In this document: positions 18,647 to 28,116 of the stretch, in pieces
Position numbering within the stretch: position 1 is the first letter of the stretch
Layout: each line of letters starts with the position of its first letter
Source of the DNA: Planctomycetia bacterium
Lineage (GTDB): Bacteria > Planctomycetota > Planctomycetia > Gemmatales > HRBIN36
Assembly: GCA_016795155.1 (NCBI GenBank)
Contig: JAEUIE010000054.1
Coordinates: forward strand, 1,755-65,754
Length of the DNA: 64,000 nt
Direction of reading: 5' to 3'
The notes under the pieces: generated by a model
What the model saw: the letters and a program-made list of their open reading frames with translations, nothing else
Databases searched by the model: none
Told to the model about the DNA's origin: nothing
Made by a program: the position numbers and the translations under genes

Positions 18647-19390
18647 ATGTGGCGACAGATTCTGATCAGTGTTGCCTGGTGGCTCTGCCTGTATCCGGCA
18701 GCGCAGGCTGATAACAAGCCAACACAACCTGGCGTGATATTCCTGGTGGGTGGCGCCGGCGGTATTGAAAACCTGCATGGCTTCGCCCGCTGGGCAATTC
18801 GCCAGGCGGGTATTCCCCACGAATTACGTTCCTTCATGTGGACGCATGGCAAAGGGCGTGTCATTCGCGATATTCAGGACACGCGACACCTGTTGGCCAA
18901 GACAGAAGAACTCCGCCGGGAAGTGCTCAGCTACATGAGTTCCAACCCGGGCAAGCCGGTATATCTCATGGGTAAGAGCACAGGATGCCTGCTGGTACTG
19001 CAGGCTGCAGAAAAACTACCCATTAGTTCGGTGGAAAAGATCATTCTGCTTTCGCCTGCTGTCTCACCGATGTACGACCTTGCCGAGGCGCTGCGAAGTG
19101 TGCGTTCCGAGATGCTCTGTTTCTATTCGAAGCTGGACATTGTTGTTCTCGATTGGGGTACGAGTATCGTGGGTACAGCAGACCGGTACTACACCAGCAG
19201 TGCCGGACTCAAGAGTTTTCAGATGCCTGATGTGAGCAAACCCGAGTTTGCAGATTATCAGAAGCTGCGACAGATTGAATGGTCGCCGGGCAAAGTCTGG
19301 TACGGTCACTTCGGCGGACACCTGGGCAATGGCATGCCGCTGTTTCTGCTGTTTGAAGTGATGTCGAGACTGAAACCGGAGAGCCGGTAA
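18647..19390 (+). CDS. Secreted alpha/beta-hydrolase-like protein
   Basis: It has a signal peptide (CLYPAAQA) and a nucleophile-elbow-like GKSTG within YLMGKSTGCLLVLQAA. Confidence 0.4.
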   Translation: MWRQILISVAWWLCLYPAAQADNKPTQPGVIFLVGGAGGIENLHGFARWAIRQAGIPHELRSFMWTHGKGRVIRDIQDTRHLLAKTEELRREVLSYMSSNPGKPVYLMGKSTGCLLVLQAAEKLPISSVEKIILLSPAVSPMYDLAEALRSVRSEMLCFYSKLDIVVLDWGTSIVGTADRYYTSSAGLKSFQMPDVSKPEFADYQKLRQIEWSPGKVWYGHFGGHLGNGMPLFLLFEVMSRLKPESR

Positions 19391-19393
19391 CTA

Positions 19394-20851
19394 TCATTCC
19401 GACAACTGGTAGAGTTTATAGTTCGCCAGCGTATCGCATGGTGGGTCGTTTTTGAACTCGTGGATCAGTTTCCAACGCTTGCCGAGGAACTCGGGCAGTG
19501 GATCGTACCAGGCGAGCCAGTAAACATTGTTCTTGAGCTTCAGATCAGAACGCCAGGTTGGCAGAGGCGTTTCGTACATTTCCCAGCCACGAGTCAAGCC
19601 GTGGAAATAGTAGGCGAAGCCACCCATGACGACGGAACCTGCGGGAATGTGTTCATCGAGCAGTTGACCTACACGTTGTGGATCAGTCTGTTGCCAGCGC
19701 ATTACTGTTTTAACAGTACGGCCCATCACACCGTAACCCAGATTGAGAATGACCATGCTGGCAACGCATATCGCCAACAGCCGTGGTTTACTCTGCACGG
19801 TCCAGAAGACTGCCAGGTAACAGAGAGGAACCAGGTAGATGAGGCGGAAGATATAGAACGGCGGCAAAACGATGAGAACGACACTCGCCACAAGCAAGCC
19901 GAGTATCCAGACCAGGTGTGCTTTGGTTTTCATCCAGGGCAAGGTGAGGATGAACAGCAACACTCCGGTAGCAGGCGTGGTGAAAAGGGATAATGCCAGG
20001 CTCCAGCGACGTTCGGTCTGTGCTTCACGATACTTATTGAGTTCATGCAGAAACTGCAGGAACTGATCCCAGGAAAAATCAACGAGCACTAATGCAAGAG
20101 TAACAATGAGGGAGAATATTGCTCCCACGATGGCGCCAGCCAGCATTCTCAACAGGTGCGACATGCTGTTTGGTCGCAAGAGAAGCAACACCACGACAAG
20201 CAGACCCAGGGTGATGATGAGTGCAGTGGTCCAGACCATGACACCAATGGGCAACAGGAACCCGGCAAGCACTGCCCAAGGCAGACAGTTCGAGGGTATT
20301 TGCCAGGCGCGCATCCAGCAGGCCAGGGCAAGCAGAACCGGGGCAACCGCTAACATGTCTACCCGTCCGCCTCGGTACGATTGAATAAAGAGCGGATCGG
20401 AAATAAAGAGCAATGCCAGCCAGGCTGCAGGCCAGGTCGACCAGTTCCAGGTACGCAGAACTGCGAAGCAGGCAAAGGTGCAGAGCAACGCTCCCAGCAG
20501 GCTGATTGTGCGAACGGACTCAACAGTTACTCCGAGTGGGCCGAGGATGAGTTTCTGGATGAGTTGCAGCCAAGGAAGAATGACGACTCGAGGCGTCTGA
20601 TCGGGATTGATCTGCAAGGCCCAGGGGGTGTTGATGTCGTGCAGCACGCGGAACTGATCAGTAATCTGGGCTTCATCCTGCCAGAGTACGGGGCTGCGAG
20701 TGAAGGTAGCCACATGACAGAAAACAACCAGCAAGGCTGTCAGGCACCAGAGAAGCGCCTGGTAGCGGGTGAGGAAGGCGAGCCAGGGGGCTGGTGGGAA
20801 TGAATGTGTATCGTGGCTCACGCCTGATCCTTGGTCTGGGTGGGATGACAA
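19394..20851 (-). CDS. Polytopic membrane protein, putative GT-C (ArnT/PMT-like) glycosyltransferase
   Basis: It has about 11 TM helices, a first-loop acidic motif LWQDEAQITD, and a C-terminal soluble domain. Confidence 0.4.
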   Translation of the reverse strand: MSSHPDQGSGVSHDTHSFPPAPWLAFLTRYQALLWCLTALLVVFCHVATFTRSPVLWQDEAQITDQFRVLHDINTPWALQINPDQTPRVVILPWLQLIQKLILGPLGVTVESVRTISLLGALLCTFACFAVLRTWNWSTWPAAWLALLFISDPLFIQSYRGGRVDMLAVAPVLLALACWMRAWQIPSNCLPWAVLAGFLLPIGVMVWTTALIITLGLLVVVLLLLRPNSMSHLLRMLAGAIVGAIFSLIVTLALVLVDFSWDQFLQFLHELNKYREAQTERRWSLALSLFTTPATGVLLFILTLPWMKTKAHLVWILGLLVASVVLIVLPPFYIFRLIYLVPLCYLAVFWTVQSKPRLLAICVASMVILNLGYGVMGRTVKTVMRWQQTDPQRVGQLLDEHIPAGSVVMGGFAYYFHGLTRGWEMYETPLPTWRSDLKLKNNVYWLAWYDPLPEFLGKRWKLIHEFKNDPPCDTLANYKLYQLSE

Positions 20852-20951
20852 TGGTTATCGTATTGGGTGGAGAGACCTTCGGTCGGGTGAGTGGCACGAC
20901 ACAACGGAACCATGAGGTCTAAGACAAACGATGCCAACCGTATAGCATGAC

Positions 20952-22322
20952 CTAATACCGGAAAATCAGATCCACCATCAGGCGGTAATCTTCAATCATG
21001 TCTCTGCCCGAGACAGGGAATTCATAGGCAAAGCCAGCTTGGAATCCCTCGGTGAATTTGTAGCGCATACCTAACCCGACAGTCACGAGGCTGCGTCCTT
21101 CCACCTGGGTCGCCCCGATGTTCATCAGGTCGCCACCTTCGAAATTGACAGGCTGCAGACTGCCATTCTTGGTGTAATAGAACCAATTGACTTCCGCAAA
21201 CGGATAGAACCGCTTGAAGAAACCATAATCGATGTGGGCACTGAGGAAGTAGAAGTCGGATGCACCGCCGGTGTAGCCGAAGCGGTAACCCGTCGACGCC
21301 AGGAAGTGCCAGTTTTGCAGGAAGCCTTGCCCGTAGCTCAAGTAGGGCACCACGCTGGCGCCATTACCCGCCAGTACACTGTTGCTGCCCACGGGAATTT
21401 CAAAGCTGACACCTGCAGCCAGCAGGGTTTCACTTCGGGTATCACGCAGGAAGGTGTACTTGGTACCAATCTGCAGATCGGTGATGCCAGTGCCACCGGA
21501 GTAGCCGTTGAGTGCGCCGTCGCCGGGGTTGACACTGGCTACACCCAGACGATGCAGAACCAGTGACCAGCGATCATTGATGCTGACACGGCCCTGCAGG
21601 ATGAAGTCGTAGATGTTGCCACCCAGCATCAGTGGATTATCGCTAGGCGATCTCACATAGCTGAAGATGGTACGGAATTCAGTCAGAGACCGGGGATCTT
21701 CGAAGAAGGTCGGATTGGTCATGGGTGAGATGAAATCCTTGAATCCCTGATCGCTGCGTGCATCCCAGGTGCTGAAGGGGTGCGCGCCGCCCGGCTGCCC
21801 GGTGCCACAGATCTTGTTCCAGCAATCTTTGATCGGTTGATACCAGGGAGTGTTGGCGCCAGCAGGAGCCGGCGCACCGGGCGGTGGAGCACCGTAAGGT
21901 GGTGGAGCGCCATAAGGCGGAGGTTGAGAATAGGGAGGTGGAACACCTGCTGGTGCACCGCCTGCTGGTGCCTGTCCCGGAATTTGTCCACAGTTATATG
22001 CTTCTTCCGCAGCACTGGGACCTTGATAGCGGGTCAACATACTTGCAGGCCGATTATCAGGTGGAATGGCACCGGGAATATTCAACGTGGGGTCAGGCAG
22101 ACTTTTCAGATCCTGATACTGTACCGTCTGATATTTCACTGCTTCGCGAGGCAAAGGTTGGGTGGCAAAAACCTGATAGTTTTCAACTGTTGTACTACGG
22201 GGTTTGCCGAGACGAATTCCCGTCGATTCGGAGGCAGGTACCTGCGAAACCGGCCGCCAGTCCTGGGCGGACAGGGTTCCTGCAAACAGCACGAGACAAA
22301 GGCATCCCTGCCAGCGATACAT
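20952..22322 (-). CDS. Outer-membrane beta-barrel protein with a proline-rich linker
   Basis: The signal peptide MYRWQGCLCLVLFAGTLSAQ makes the ATG at 22322 the preferred start. It carries a PPPYSQPPPYGAPPPYGAPPPG low-complexity stretch, alternating strands, and the C-terminus VDLIFRY. Confidence 0.55.
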   Translation of the reverse strand: MYRWQGCLCLVLFAGTLSAQDWRPVSQVPASESTGIRLGKPRSTTVENYQVFATQPLPREAVKYQTVQYQDLKSLPDPTLNIPGAIPPDNRPASMLTRYQGPSAAEEAYNCGQIPGQAPAGGAPAGVPPPYSQPPPYGAPPPYGAPPPGAPAPAGANTPWYQPIKDCWNKICGTGQPGGAHPFSTWDARSDQGFKDFISPMTNPTFFEDPRSLTEFRTIFSYVRSPSDNPLMLGGNIYDFILQGRVSINDRWSLVLHRLGVASVNPGDGALNGYSGGTGITDLQIGTKYTFLRDTRSETLLAAGVSFEIPVGSNSVLAGNGASVVPYLSYGQGFLQNWHFLASTGYRFGYTGGASDFYFLSAHIDYGFFKRFYPFAEVNWFYYTKNGSLQPVNFEGGDLMNIGATQVEGRSLVTVGLGMRYKFTEGFQAGFAYEFPVSGRDMIEDYRLMVDLIFRY

Positions 22323-22454
22323 GATGATTTCCGAGGAGACGGTCTCTGTTCGTTCATCGACCAAGTCGCCTCCACTTTCACTGCAATATCTACAAACCAG
22401 AATTGATTCATCACTACAGTAGAACCATAAACGTTACAGTTTAACCAGATTGAC

Positions 22455-22485
22455 AAAAAGACCCACGGACTGCAGTCCGTGGGCT
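22455..22485 (-). terminator. Rho-independent terminator for the DUF4139 gene
   Basis: The minus strand reads cccacggac-tgca-gtccgtggg followed by tcttttt, 20 nt after the stop at 22505. Confidence 0.8.
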
Positions 22486-22504
22486 TGTTTGATTTTTGAT
22501 TCCA

Positions 22505-24145
22505 TTAGAAATTGATCAGCACACTGTACTGGTACTTGATCGTCCGTTCCTCGGCTGGTTTCAGTGTCAAAGTCCAGGTGAGTTCATTACGTTTGTTGAC
22601 CGTCCAGACGCCTTCTTCCCGAAGATCGATTTTCGGATCAGCATCGCCTGAGAGGTAATCGCCTGAAAACTGCCGTTTGATAATCATCTTTGCGTCTGCG
22701 GGGCGATGATTGCAGAGTCGCAGTTCGCCATTGACGGTGACCTTGCGGAAACGTCGTCCGCCGATGTAGATCACATCACGATCTGACACTCCCCCCTTTT
22801 CTGTCTGGTGCTCGTATTCCACATGACGAGCCCGGATGCTGAGTGCCTTGTTGACCCGCAGCGTGGCTTCTTCACCCTTGTTGGTCCAGAGCACGGAACG
22901 CTGGCCGCTGAAGTTGCCTGCAGTCATCACCATGGCTGGAGCGCTGGTCATGGGGAAAGGCAATGGGTTCTTGAACTTCAACGCATCCCACACATCATCC
23001 TGCAAAGCTTCTCCTGTAGCAGGATCAACTCGACGGCCCTGGTTGGTGGGGTTCCCCCATTCGTCGCGATTGTCGGGAATGGTCCAGTCAACAATGCGAA
23101 CGTAGTCGGCATCAGCTTTGCCGGTAGCCATGGAGATTGCACTACCTTTCTTGAGTGAGCGTTTGCCGATGGAGTGGTAGTTGAGATCGATGGTGTCGCC
23201 GAGATTGGGAGCCACGGTGGGTGAAGCAGCGCCAGATTGACGTGGTGCATAACTGGCATTCTGGGTCAACATGGAATTATCAAACGATTGGCCACGAGCG
23301 TTGCCTCCCAGTTGCTGGAAGAACCGTGCCCAGGTTTGCTGGGCGGCCAGCGGCGAAATGACATTACTGAACTGCACGCTCGGATAGCCACTGATGAGGG
23401 ACACCTCGGTATCGGAAAGCTCTGCCAGTTCATTACGGATGACGCAATGTTGCTCAATGGTCAACTTCTTGGGATCGGTCAAATCAACCTTATAACTCGG
23501 TGCCCACGATAATCCACTGGTGAGATAGCTGATCTGGGCAGTGTTTGCCTTCGCATCAGGCCCAGCTGTCAGAAGCAATACCGGCTTCTTCACCAGACGA
23601 GGTTGAGGCTGGCCGTCGATATCGAGAGCTGCGATGTCGTTGAAGTCAAAGTAGCTGTAACCCTTTTCGGTTTTGAGAATAAGGAAACGGCTGCCCTGAG
23701 TTGGTGGGCGATAACCTTCGTAGAGTGCGCTATCACCATCAGCATCTTCGTCTTCTTTGGGAATGCGTACCACTTTGCCATGAATGGGGTTCTTGTTGTT
23801 TCTGCCATGCACGGTAACGGTGAGATCAGCTAGCTCTTCCTGCAGGTTGATGCCGAAACCCTGCGAAGGCTTGGCAGGAGTATCGCGGGTTTCCACACGT
23901 GCTTCCAGTGGTGTATTGCTTTCGACCCAGAAGGTGCCGTGAATGGGTTCGGGAACATCCATCAGACGAAAAGTGCCGGTGCCATCGAGGGCAACCTGCC
24001 TTTTGACGACAGCCAGTCCATTCTTGAAGAGAGCTACGGAAGTGATTTTGCTGTTCACCGGTTTTTCTTCGAGCAACGGCTCACTGCCCAGGGCCAGCCC
24101 GAGCACACTGGAGCCGAGAAAGAGAGGAAGCACACATCGCAACAT
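22505..24145 (-). CDS. DUF4139 domain protein (MuiA-like), secreted
   Basis: It has a signal peptide. SYLTSGLSWAPSYKVDL and the overall 546-aa beta-rich architecture resemble DUF4139. This is recognised from memory. Confidence 0.5.
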   Translation of the reverse strand: MLRCVLPLFLGSSVLGLALGSEPLLEEKPVNSKITSVALFKNGLAVVKRQVALDGTGTFRLMDVPEPIHGTFWVESNTPLEARVETRDTPAKPSQGFGINLQEELADLTVTVHGRNNKNPIHGKVVRIPKEDEDADGDSALYEGYRPPTQGSRFLILKTEKGYSYFDFNDIAALDIDGQPQPRLVKKPVLLLTAGPDAKANTAQISYLTSGLSWAPSYKVDLTDPKKLTIEQHCVIRNELAELSDTEVSLISGYPSVQFSNVISPLAAQQTWARFFQQLGGNARGQSFDNSMLTQNASYAPRQSGAASPTVAPNLGDTIDLNYHSIGKRSLKKGSAISMATGKADADYVRIVDWTIPDNRDEWGNPTNQGRRVDPATGEALQDDVWDALKFKNPLPFPMTSAPAMVMTAGNFSGQRSVLWTNKGEEATLRVNKALSIRARHVEYEHQTEKGGVSDRDVIYIGGRRFRKVTVNGELRLCNHRPADAKMIIKRQFSGDYLSGDADPKIDLREEGVWTVNKRNELTWTLTLKPAEERTIKYQYSVLINF

Positions 24146-24285
24146 GGAACGCTCCTGCGGTTAGATGGTATCTACTGTAATGACGAGGGAGGGTGAGTGG
24201 TAGGTTGAAGGAACATCGGTATTAATTCATTCATTTGCAGTATGGAAGCCAGCAGACTAAAATGTGATTCGCCTCAACGAAATTC

Positions 24286-24732
24286 ATGCTGCTCCAGACA
24301 CCTTTGGCATACTTTATGATCGATGATTATCCAACCTGCAATCAAACTTATGTTACCCTTTGCATCTACCCTGTTAATTACGAGCCGGAGGTTGTGACCC
24401 AAAGACTCGGTATTCAACCCACTGAAACTCAGGTGAAGGGCACCGTTTTGAAACCGGCAGCAAAAATTTCACCTACTGCTGCTCTTCATGGCTGGTTTTT
24501 ATGCAGTAAGGGGCTTGTCGATTCAAGAGATATCAGAAATCACTTGCATTGGCTCCTGCAACAACTCTCGGACAAATCAGTTGAACTAAATCGACTCAGG
24601 CAAGAAAACTGCAGAATGTGGATCTCGTGTTACTGGCTATCCAAGGATGGACAGGGAGGCCCGATATTATGTCCTGAACTGATGGGGCAGATGTCGCAAC
24701 TTGGCTTGGAGATTGGCTTCGATTGTTATTAA
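24286..24732 (+). CDS. DUF4279 family protein
   Basis: TYVTLCIYPVNYEPEVVTQRLGIQPTETQVKG...WFLCSKG...HLHWLLQQL...MWISCYW fits the DUF4279 pattern. Confidence 0.5.
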   Translation: MLLQTPLAYFMIDDYPTCNQTYVTLCIYPVNYEPEVVTQRLGIQPTETQVKGTVLKPAAKISPTAALHGWFLCSKGLVDSRDIRNHLHWLLQQLSDKSVELNRLRQENCRMWISCYWLSKDGQGGPILCPELMGQMSQLGLEIGFDCY

Positions 24733-25050
24733 TCATCCCAGTTTCTCAAACTGTTTGATCCTGACCGGGCTTGAGTGCGGAAATCTGGCGACGATTTCGA
24801 GCTGTCCACCCATCGCCTCAATGTACGACCGCAGCGTACTGACATACATATCTGTACGGCGTTCCAGTTTGGAAACTGCAGCCTGTTTCACTCGAAGCTT
24901 TCGTGCCAGAGCAGTCTGTGATCGCTGATGAGCTTCGCGCAGTTCGCGCAACGAGCGTTCACTTGCAATTAACTCATCAGATCGCGCACGTATTTTTGCC
25001 TGCGTGGATTTAGGTAATTGATTTATCAGGTCTGAAAGTCGTTTCGCCAT
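24733..25050 (-). CDS. XRE-family HTH antitoxin (HigA-like)
   Basis: MAKRLSDLINQLP...QTALARKLRVKQAAVSKLERRTDMYVSTLRSYIEAMGGQLEI is an HTH_XRE domain. The start lies 1 nt after the toxin stop, and the toxin-first gene order is HigBA-like. Confidence 0.75.
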   Translation of the reverse strand: MAKRLSDLINQLPKSTQAKIRARSDELIASERSLRELREAHQRSQTALARKLRVKQAAVSKLERRTDMYVSTLRSYIEAMGGQLEIVARFPHSSPVRIKQFEKLG

Positions 25051-25051
25051 G

Positions 25052-25411
25052 TTATTTTCCTTTCTCACGATGCATGGATCGTAAATGTTCATCCATTCGC
25101 TTGTCAGCCAGCGGGATATTTGCCTTGTACCATCTTTTGTTGCCACGTTTATTTCCGCCTAACAGCAGGATGGCACGTCTGGCAGGATCAAATGCAAACA
25201 ACACTCGAAATGGATCACCACCCTGCTGTATTCGAAGTTCTTTCATGTTGGAATGTCTAGACCCTTTGACAGTATCCACATAAGGCCGCCCCAGCGTTGG
25301 TCCAAATTCGGCAAGCAATTCCGCATGCGCCAGGACATTCACCTGAACAGCTTCCGGCTGCACCAGCAGCCAGTTATCGAATGCTTCATGAGTAATGATA
25401 CTCCATGCCAT
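25052..25411 (-). CDS. RelE/ParE-superfamily toxin (Gp49/HigB-like)
   Basis: MAWSIITHEAFDNWL...MKELRIQQGGDPFRVLFAFDPARRAILLLGGNKRGNKRWY matches the Gp49-like killer pattern. The ORF-track N-terminal extension to 25546 runs through a repeat array and is unlikely to be coding. Confidence 0.75.
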   Translation of the reverse strand: MAWSIITHEAFDNWLLVQPEAVQVNVLAHAELLAEFGPTLGRPYVDTVKGSRHSNMKELRIQQGGDPFRVLFAFDPARRAILLLGGNKRGNKRWYKANIPLADKRMDEHLRSMHREKGK

Positions 25412-25488
25412 GTATCCATCATAATTCCATCGAAGGAATATGTAAAGGCCATCTAAAGATCTGGTGTTTTTCCTCCAATTCCTTGTTC

Positions 25489-25556
25489 GTCTCATGTTGA
25501 GACGCCCTGAGACAATCTGAGACACCATGAGACACTTTAACTGCACAGATTGAGAC
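25489..25556. promoter_or_regulatory. Phased TGAGAC repeat array (candidate operator or iteron)
   Basis: TGAGAC occurs at 25498, 25508, 25518 and 25528, spaced exactly 10 bp apart. A further copy is at 25551 and an inverted GTCTCA is at 25489, which forms the palindrome cgtctcatgttgagacg. Confidence 0.55.
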
Positions 25557-25658
25557 TAACTGTCTTTATGAACACATTGTAACTATACGTATGCTCTTTA
25601 CCACACGGCATTTCTTACGGTACTAAGTGGTTTACTTCACTTTACCGAGGAGCAGGTC

Positions 25659-27074
25659 ATGTCGTGGTGGGAACCTCTTGCAGCTTACTGGAGTCGTAAA
25701 CGCCTGGAACGCTTGTGTACCGAGCAGGCAATTCGCCTGATTGAATCTCAGCCGGCTGCAGCCATCGTAGATGATGATGCTGACCGCTGGCAGCTTCTCT
25801 CCACCACCAAAGCAACCGTCGATCAAACCTCGACACGCGACAAAGCCCGGCTGCTGACCGAACGTAATCCCTTTGCCCGCAACGCACTCATGCTGTATCG
25901 CCATTATGTCGTTGGCACTGGCATGCAGCATGAAGTAGTAACCTGCCCCACCGGAAGCTGTTCACCCGATGCCGCCATCCCTCATGATTCCACAGTCATT
26001 GCTCTGGCTGGTCAGCTCTGGCGTGAGTTTCTGACTGCCAACCAGTGGGATACCGGCAACCGTCGCGACTGGGAATTCTGCCAGCGTACCTGGCGCGATG
26101 GGGAATGTTTTCTCCGGCTGTTCCGCCAGTCTACCTGGCCGCCTCAAGTGCATTTTGTTGATCCGGAACGCATTGCTGCTGATCCCGTGACGGGTTTGCC
26201 TGATGAGGGCATTGTCACGCAGGAGCACAATGTGGAAGTGCCCCTGGCATATCGCGTGCAACTGGATGAATCGCGTTTTGAAATGGTGCCTGCTGATCGG
26301 ATGCTGCATTGCAAGATTGGCGTCGATGCCAACGTGAAGCGCGGTCTGTCGATCCTCACTCCAGCGATCGATGCCCTACAGAAGTATCAGAGCTGGCTCG
26401 ATGTGGAGTTGATCCATCGCAAGGTAGCCAGTTCGATTGTGCTGATACGCAAGCATACAGGCAATCATCATGCAGGTGGCGTTCCTGGGTTTGCGGACTG
26501 GGCGGCAGCAGGCAGCCCGACTCCCGGCCCGCTGACACCACAGCAACGGCGAGCCTTGCTCCAGCCCGGCACGATGATTGATACGCAAGGCTACGATCTG
26601 CAGTATCTGTCCCCCGATTCACATTTCGATGATGCCAGCATTCTTGGCAGACGGTTGCTGCTGGCTGTTGCAGCGGGCACTGGTCTGCCTGAATTCATGC
26701 TGACTGCTGATGCCGCCAACGCCAACTACAGCAGCACGCTGGTGGCGGAAGGCCCAGCGGTCAGGCTGTTTGCCAGTTGGCAGGCGTTCTTTATCGGCCA
26801 ATGGCAAGCACTCTTCCGCCTCGTGATGCAGGAAGCGGTGCGACTGATGCAACTCCCTGCCAATGCTCTGCCTCATCTCCATGTCACTATCACGCCTCCC
26901 GCGGTGGCGGTCCGCAATCGCAAGGAGGAAGCCGAGGCGGATGCGATCTATTTCGACCGCGGCGCACTCTCGCGACGGGAACTGGCACGTCGTGATCGCG
27001 TGGACCCCTCCACCATGGAGCGGGAGAAGCAGGAAGAATCAAATTTCCCCTCACCCCTGACCCCTCTTCCCTGA
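25659..27074 (+). CDS. Phage portal protein (lambda-family-like)
   Basis: RTWRDGECFLRLF...VHFVDPERI and GTGLPEFMLTADAANANYSSTLVAEG (NYSS signature) match lambda-type portals. A GAGGAG RBS precedes the start. Confidence 0.75.
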   Translation: MSWWEPLAAYWSRKRLERLCTEQAIRLIESQPAAAIVDDDADRWQLLSTTKATVDQTSTRDKARLLTERNPFARNALMLYRHYVVGTGMQHEVVTCPTGSCSPDAAIPHDSTVIALAGQLWREFLTANQWDTGNRRDWEFCQRTWRDGECFLRLFRQSTWPPQVHFVDPERIAADPVTGLPDEGIVTQEHNVEVPLAYRVQLDESRFEMVPADRMLHCKIGVDANVKRGLSILTPAIDALQKYQSWLDVELIHRKVASSIVLIRKHTGNHHAGGVPGFADWAAAGSPTPGPLTPQQRRALLQPGTMIDTQGYDLQYLSPDSHFDDASILGRRLLLAVAAGTGLPEFMLTADAANANYSSTLVAEGPAVRLFASWQAFFIGQWQALFRLVMQEAVRLMQLPANALPHLHVTITPPAVAVRNRKEEAEADAIYFDRGALSRRELARRDRVDPSTMEREKQEESNFPSPLTPLP

Positions 27075-27313
27075 CACCTCGAAAGGACAACTGCGATGAA
27101 TTCCCGTCCAGCTAAACTCTGTCGGGCCAGACCCTGCTTGCCTGCAGGCTCGACTGTCTTGCGTCAAGACAAACGACCAAAACACATCATGAAACGACGC
27201 CATGAAGCAGGCGATGGCGTCAGATACATCCGTTGCGGTGGAGGCTACCGGGTGCTCCGCCGTTATCAACTTCCCGGCGATGATCGAAACAAATAACCCA
27301 GGAGGATCTATCC

Positions 27314-28051
27314 ATGCAGGTGAAAGAGAAACCAGCCAGGCTGGAAACGCTGCGACATGCTTCTTACCAGATCATGTCCGAAGCTGTTGCTGAGCGTAAC
27401 GAACGGCTGGTACGCAATGTCGTACTGCTCGGCACACAAAGCAGAAATGGGTATCGCTACAGCCAGGCTGCGATGCAGTCAGCGATACCGCTCTATGAAA
27501 ACCGCCCGGTCTTTCTTGATCATGCTGAGGAGCATCATGCTCCGATGCGACGCCGATTGCGAGATTATGCCGGCCAGGTGCTGTCGCCCCGTTTTGAAGA
27601 AGGCAAACTGCGAGGCGACCTGCGACTGCTCGGGCCGCATACGTCCTGGCTGTTCGATCTGATGGAAGCTGCACCGCACGATATCGGCATGAGCCACGTG
27701 GTGCTGGGACGACGCAGTGCCCAGAGCCAGGAAGTGGAACACATCGAGCGGGTGGTGTCGGTAGATATCGTGGCATTCCCAGCCACCACACAATCATTTC
27801 AGGAAGGGGACAACGGTGAAGGCAGTATTCAACAACTACTGCAACAGTCATCGCTGCCAGCCTTGTTACGCACGGCTTTTATTCGTGAAGCGTTGGCGAT
27901 GCATCCGGAACCTGCCCAGTTGCTGAAGCTGCTGGAAGAATGGGCAGCGCTGCTGGATCGCGATGTGTCGCCATCTTCGTTGAAACGCACTGTTCCTGAA
28001 GGGATTAACGCCGGTGCGAAACAAGCACTGATGCGTGCAATTCGCGGGTAA
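27314..28051 (+). CDS. Prohead protease (HK97/S78-like), possibly with a C-terminal scaffold segment
   Basis: SRNGYRYSQAAMQSAIPLYENRPVFLDH...FEEGKLRGDLRLL...HDIGMSHVV fits the S78 layout with His and Ser candidates. An AGGAGG RBS lies upstream. Confidence 0.55.
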   Translation: MQVKEKPARLETLRHASYQIMSEAVAERNERLVRNVVLLGTQSRNGYRYSQAAMQSAIPLYENRPVFLDHAEEHHAPMRRRLRDYAGQVLSPRFEEGKLRGDLRLLGPHTSWLFDLMEAAPHDIGMSHVVLGRRSAQSQEVEHIERVVSVDIVAFPATTQSFQEGDNGEGSIQQLLQQSSLPALLRTAFIREALAMHPEPAQLLKLLEEWAALLDRDVSPSSLKRTVPEGINAGAKQALMRAIRG

Positions 28052-28116
28052 TGTTCCTCCACGGACTGCTGCCCGTGGTTTTTAGTTTTCGACATTTTTT
28101 ATCACAAGGAGTCATC

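Noticed and set aside
25412-25546. The ORF-track N-terminal extension of the HigB-like toxin (MQLKCLMVSQIVSGRLNMRRTRNW...).
   Set aside because: The extension is translated from the TGAGAC repeat array and the AT-rich promoter region. Toxin homology starts at MAWSIITHEAF (25411).
27075-27313. Small ORFs (27096..27296, 27202..27393) in the gap between the portal and protease genes.
   Set aside because: They overlap each other in different frames, lack convincing RBSs and are Arg/Cys-rich with no motif. The gap may still hold a regulatory element or a very small gene, but I cannot support one.
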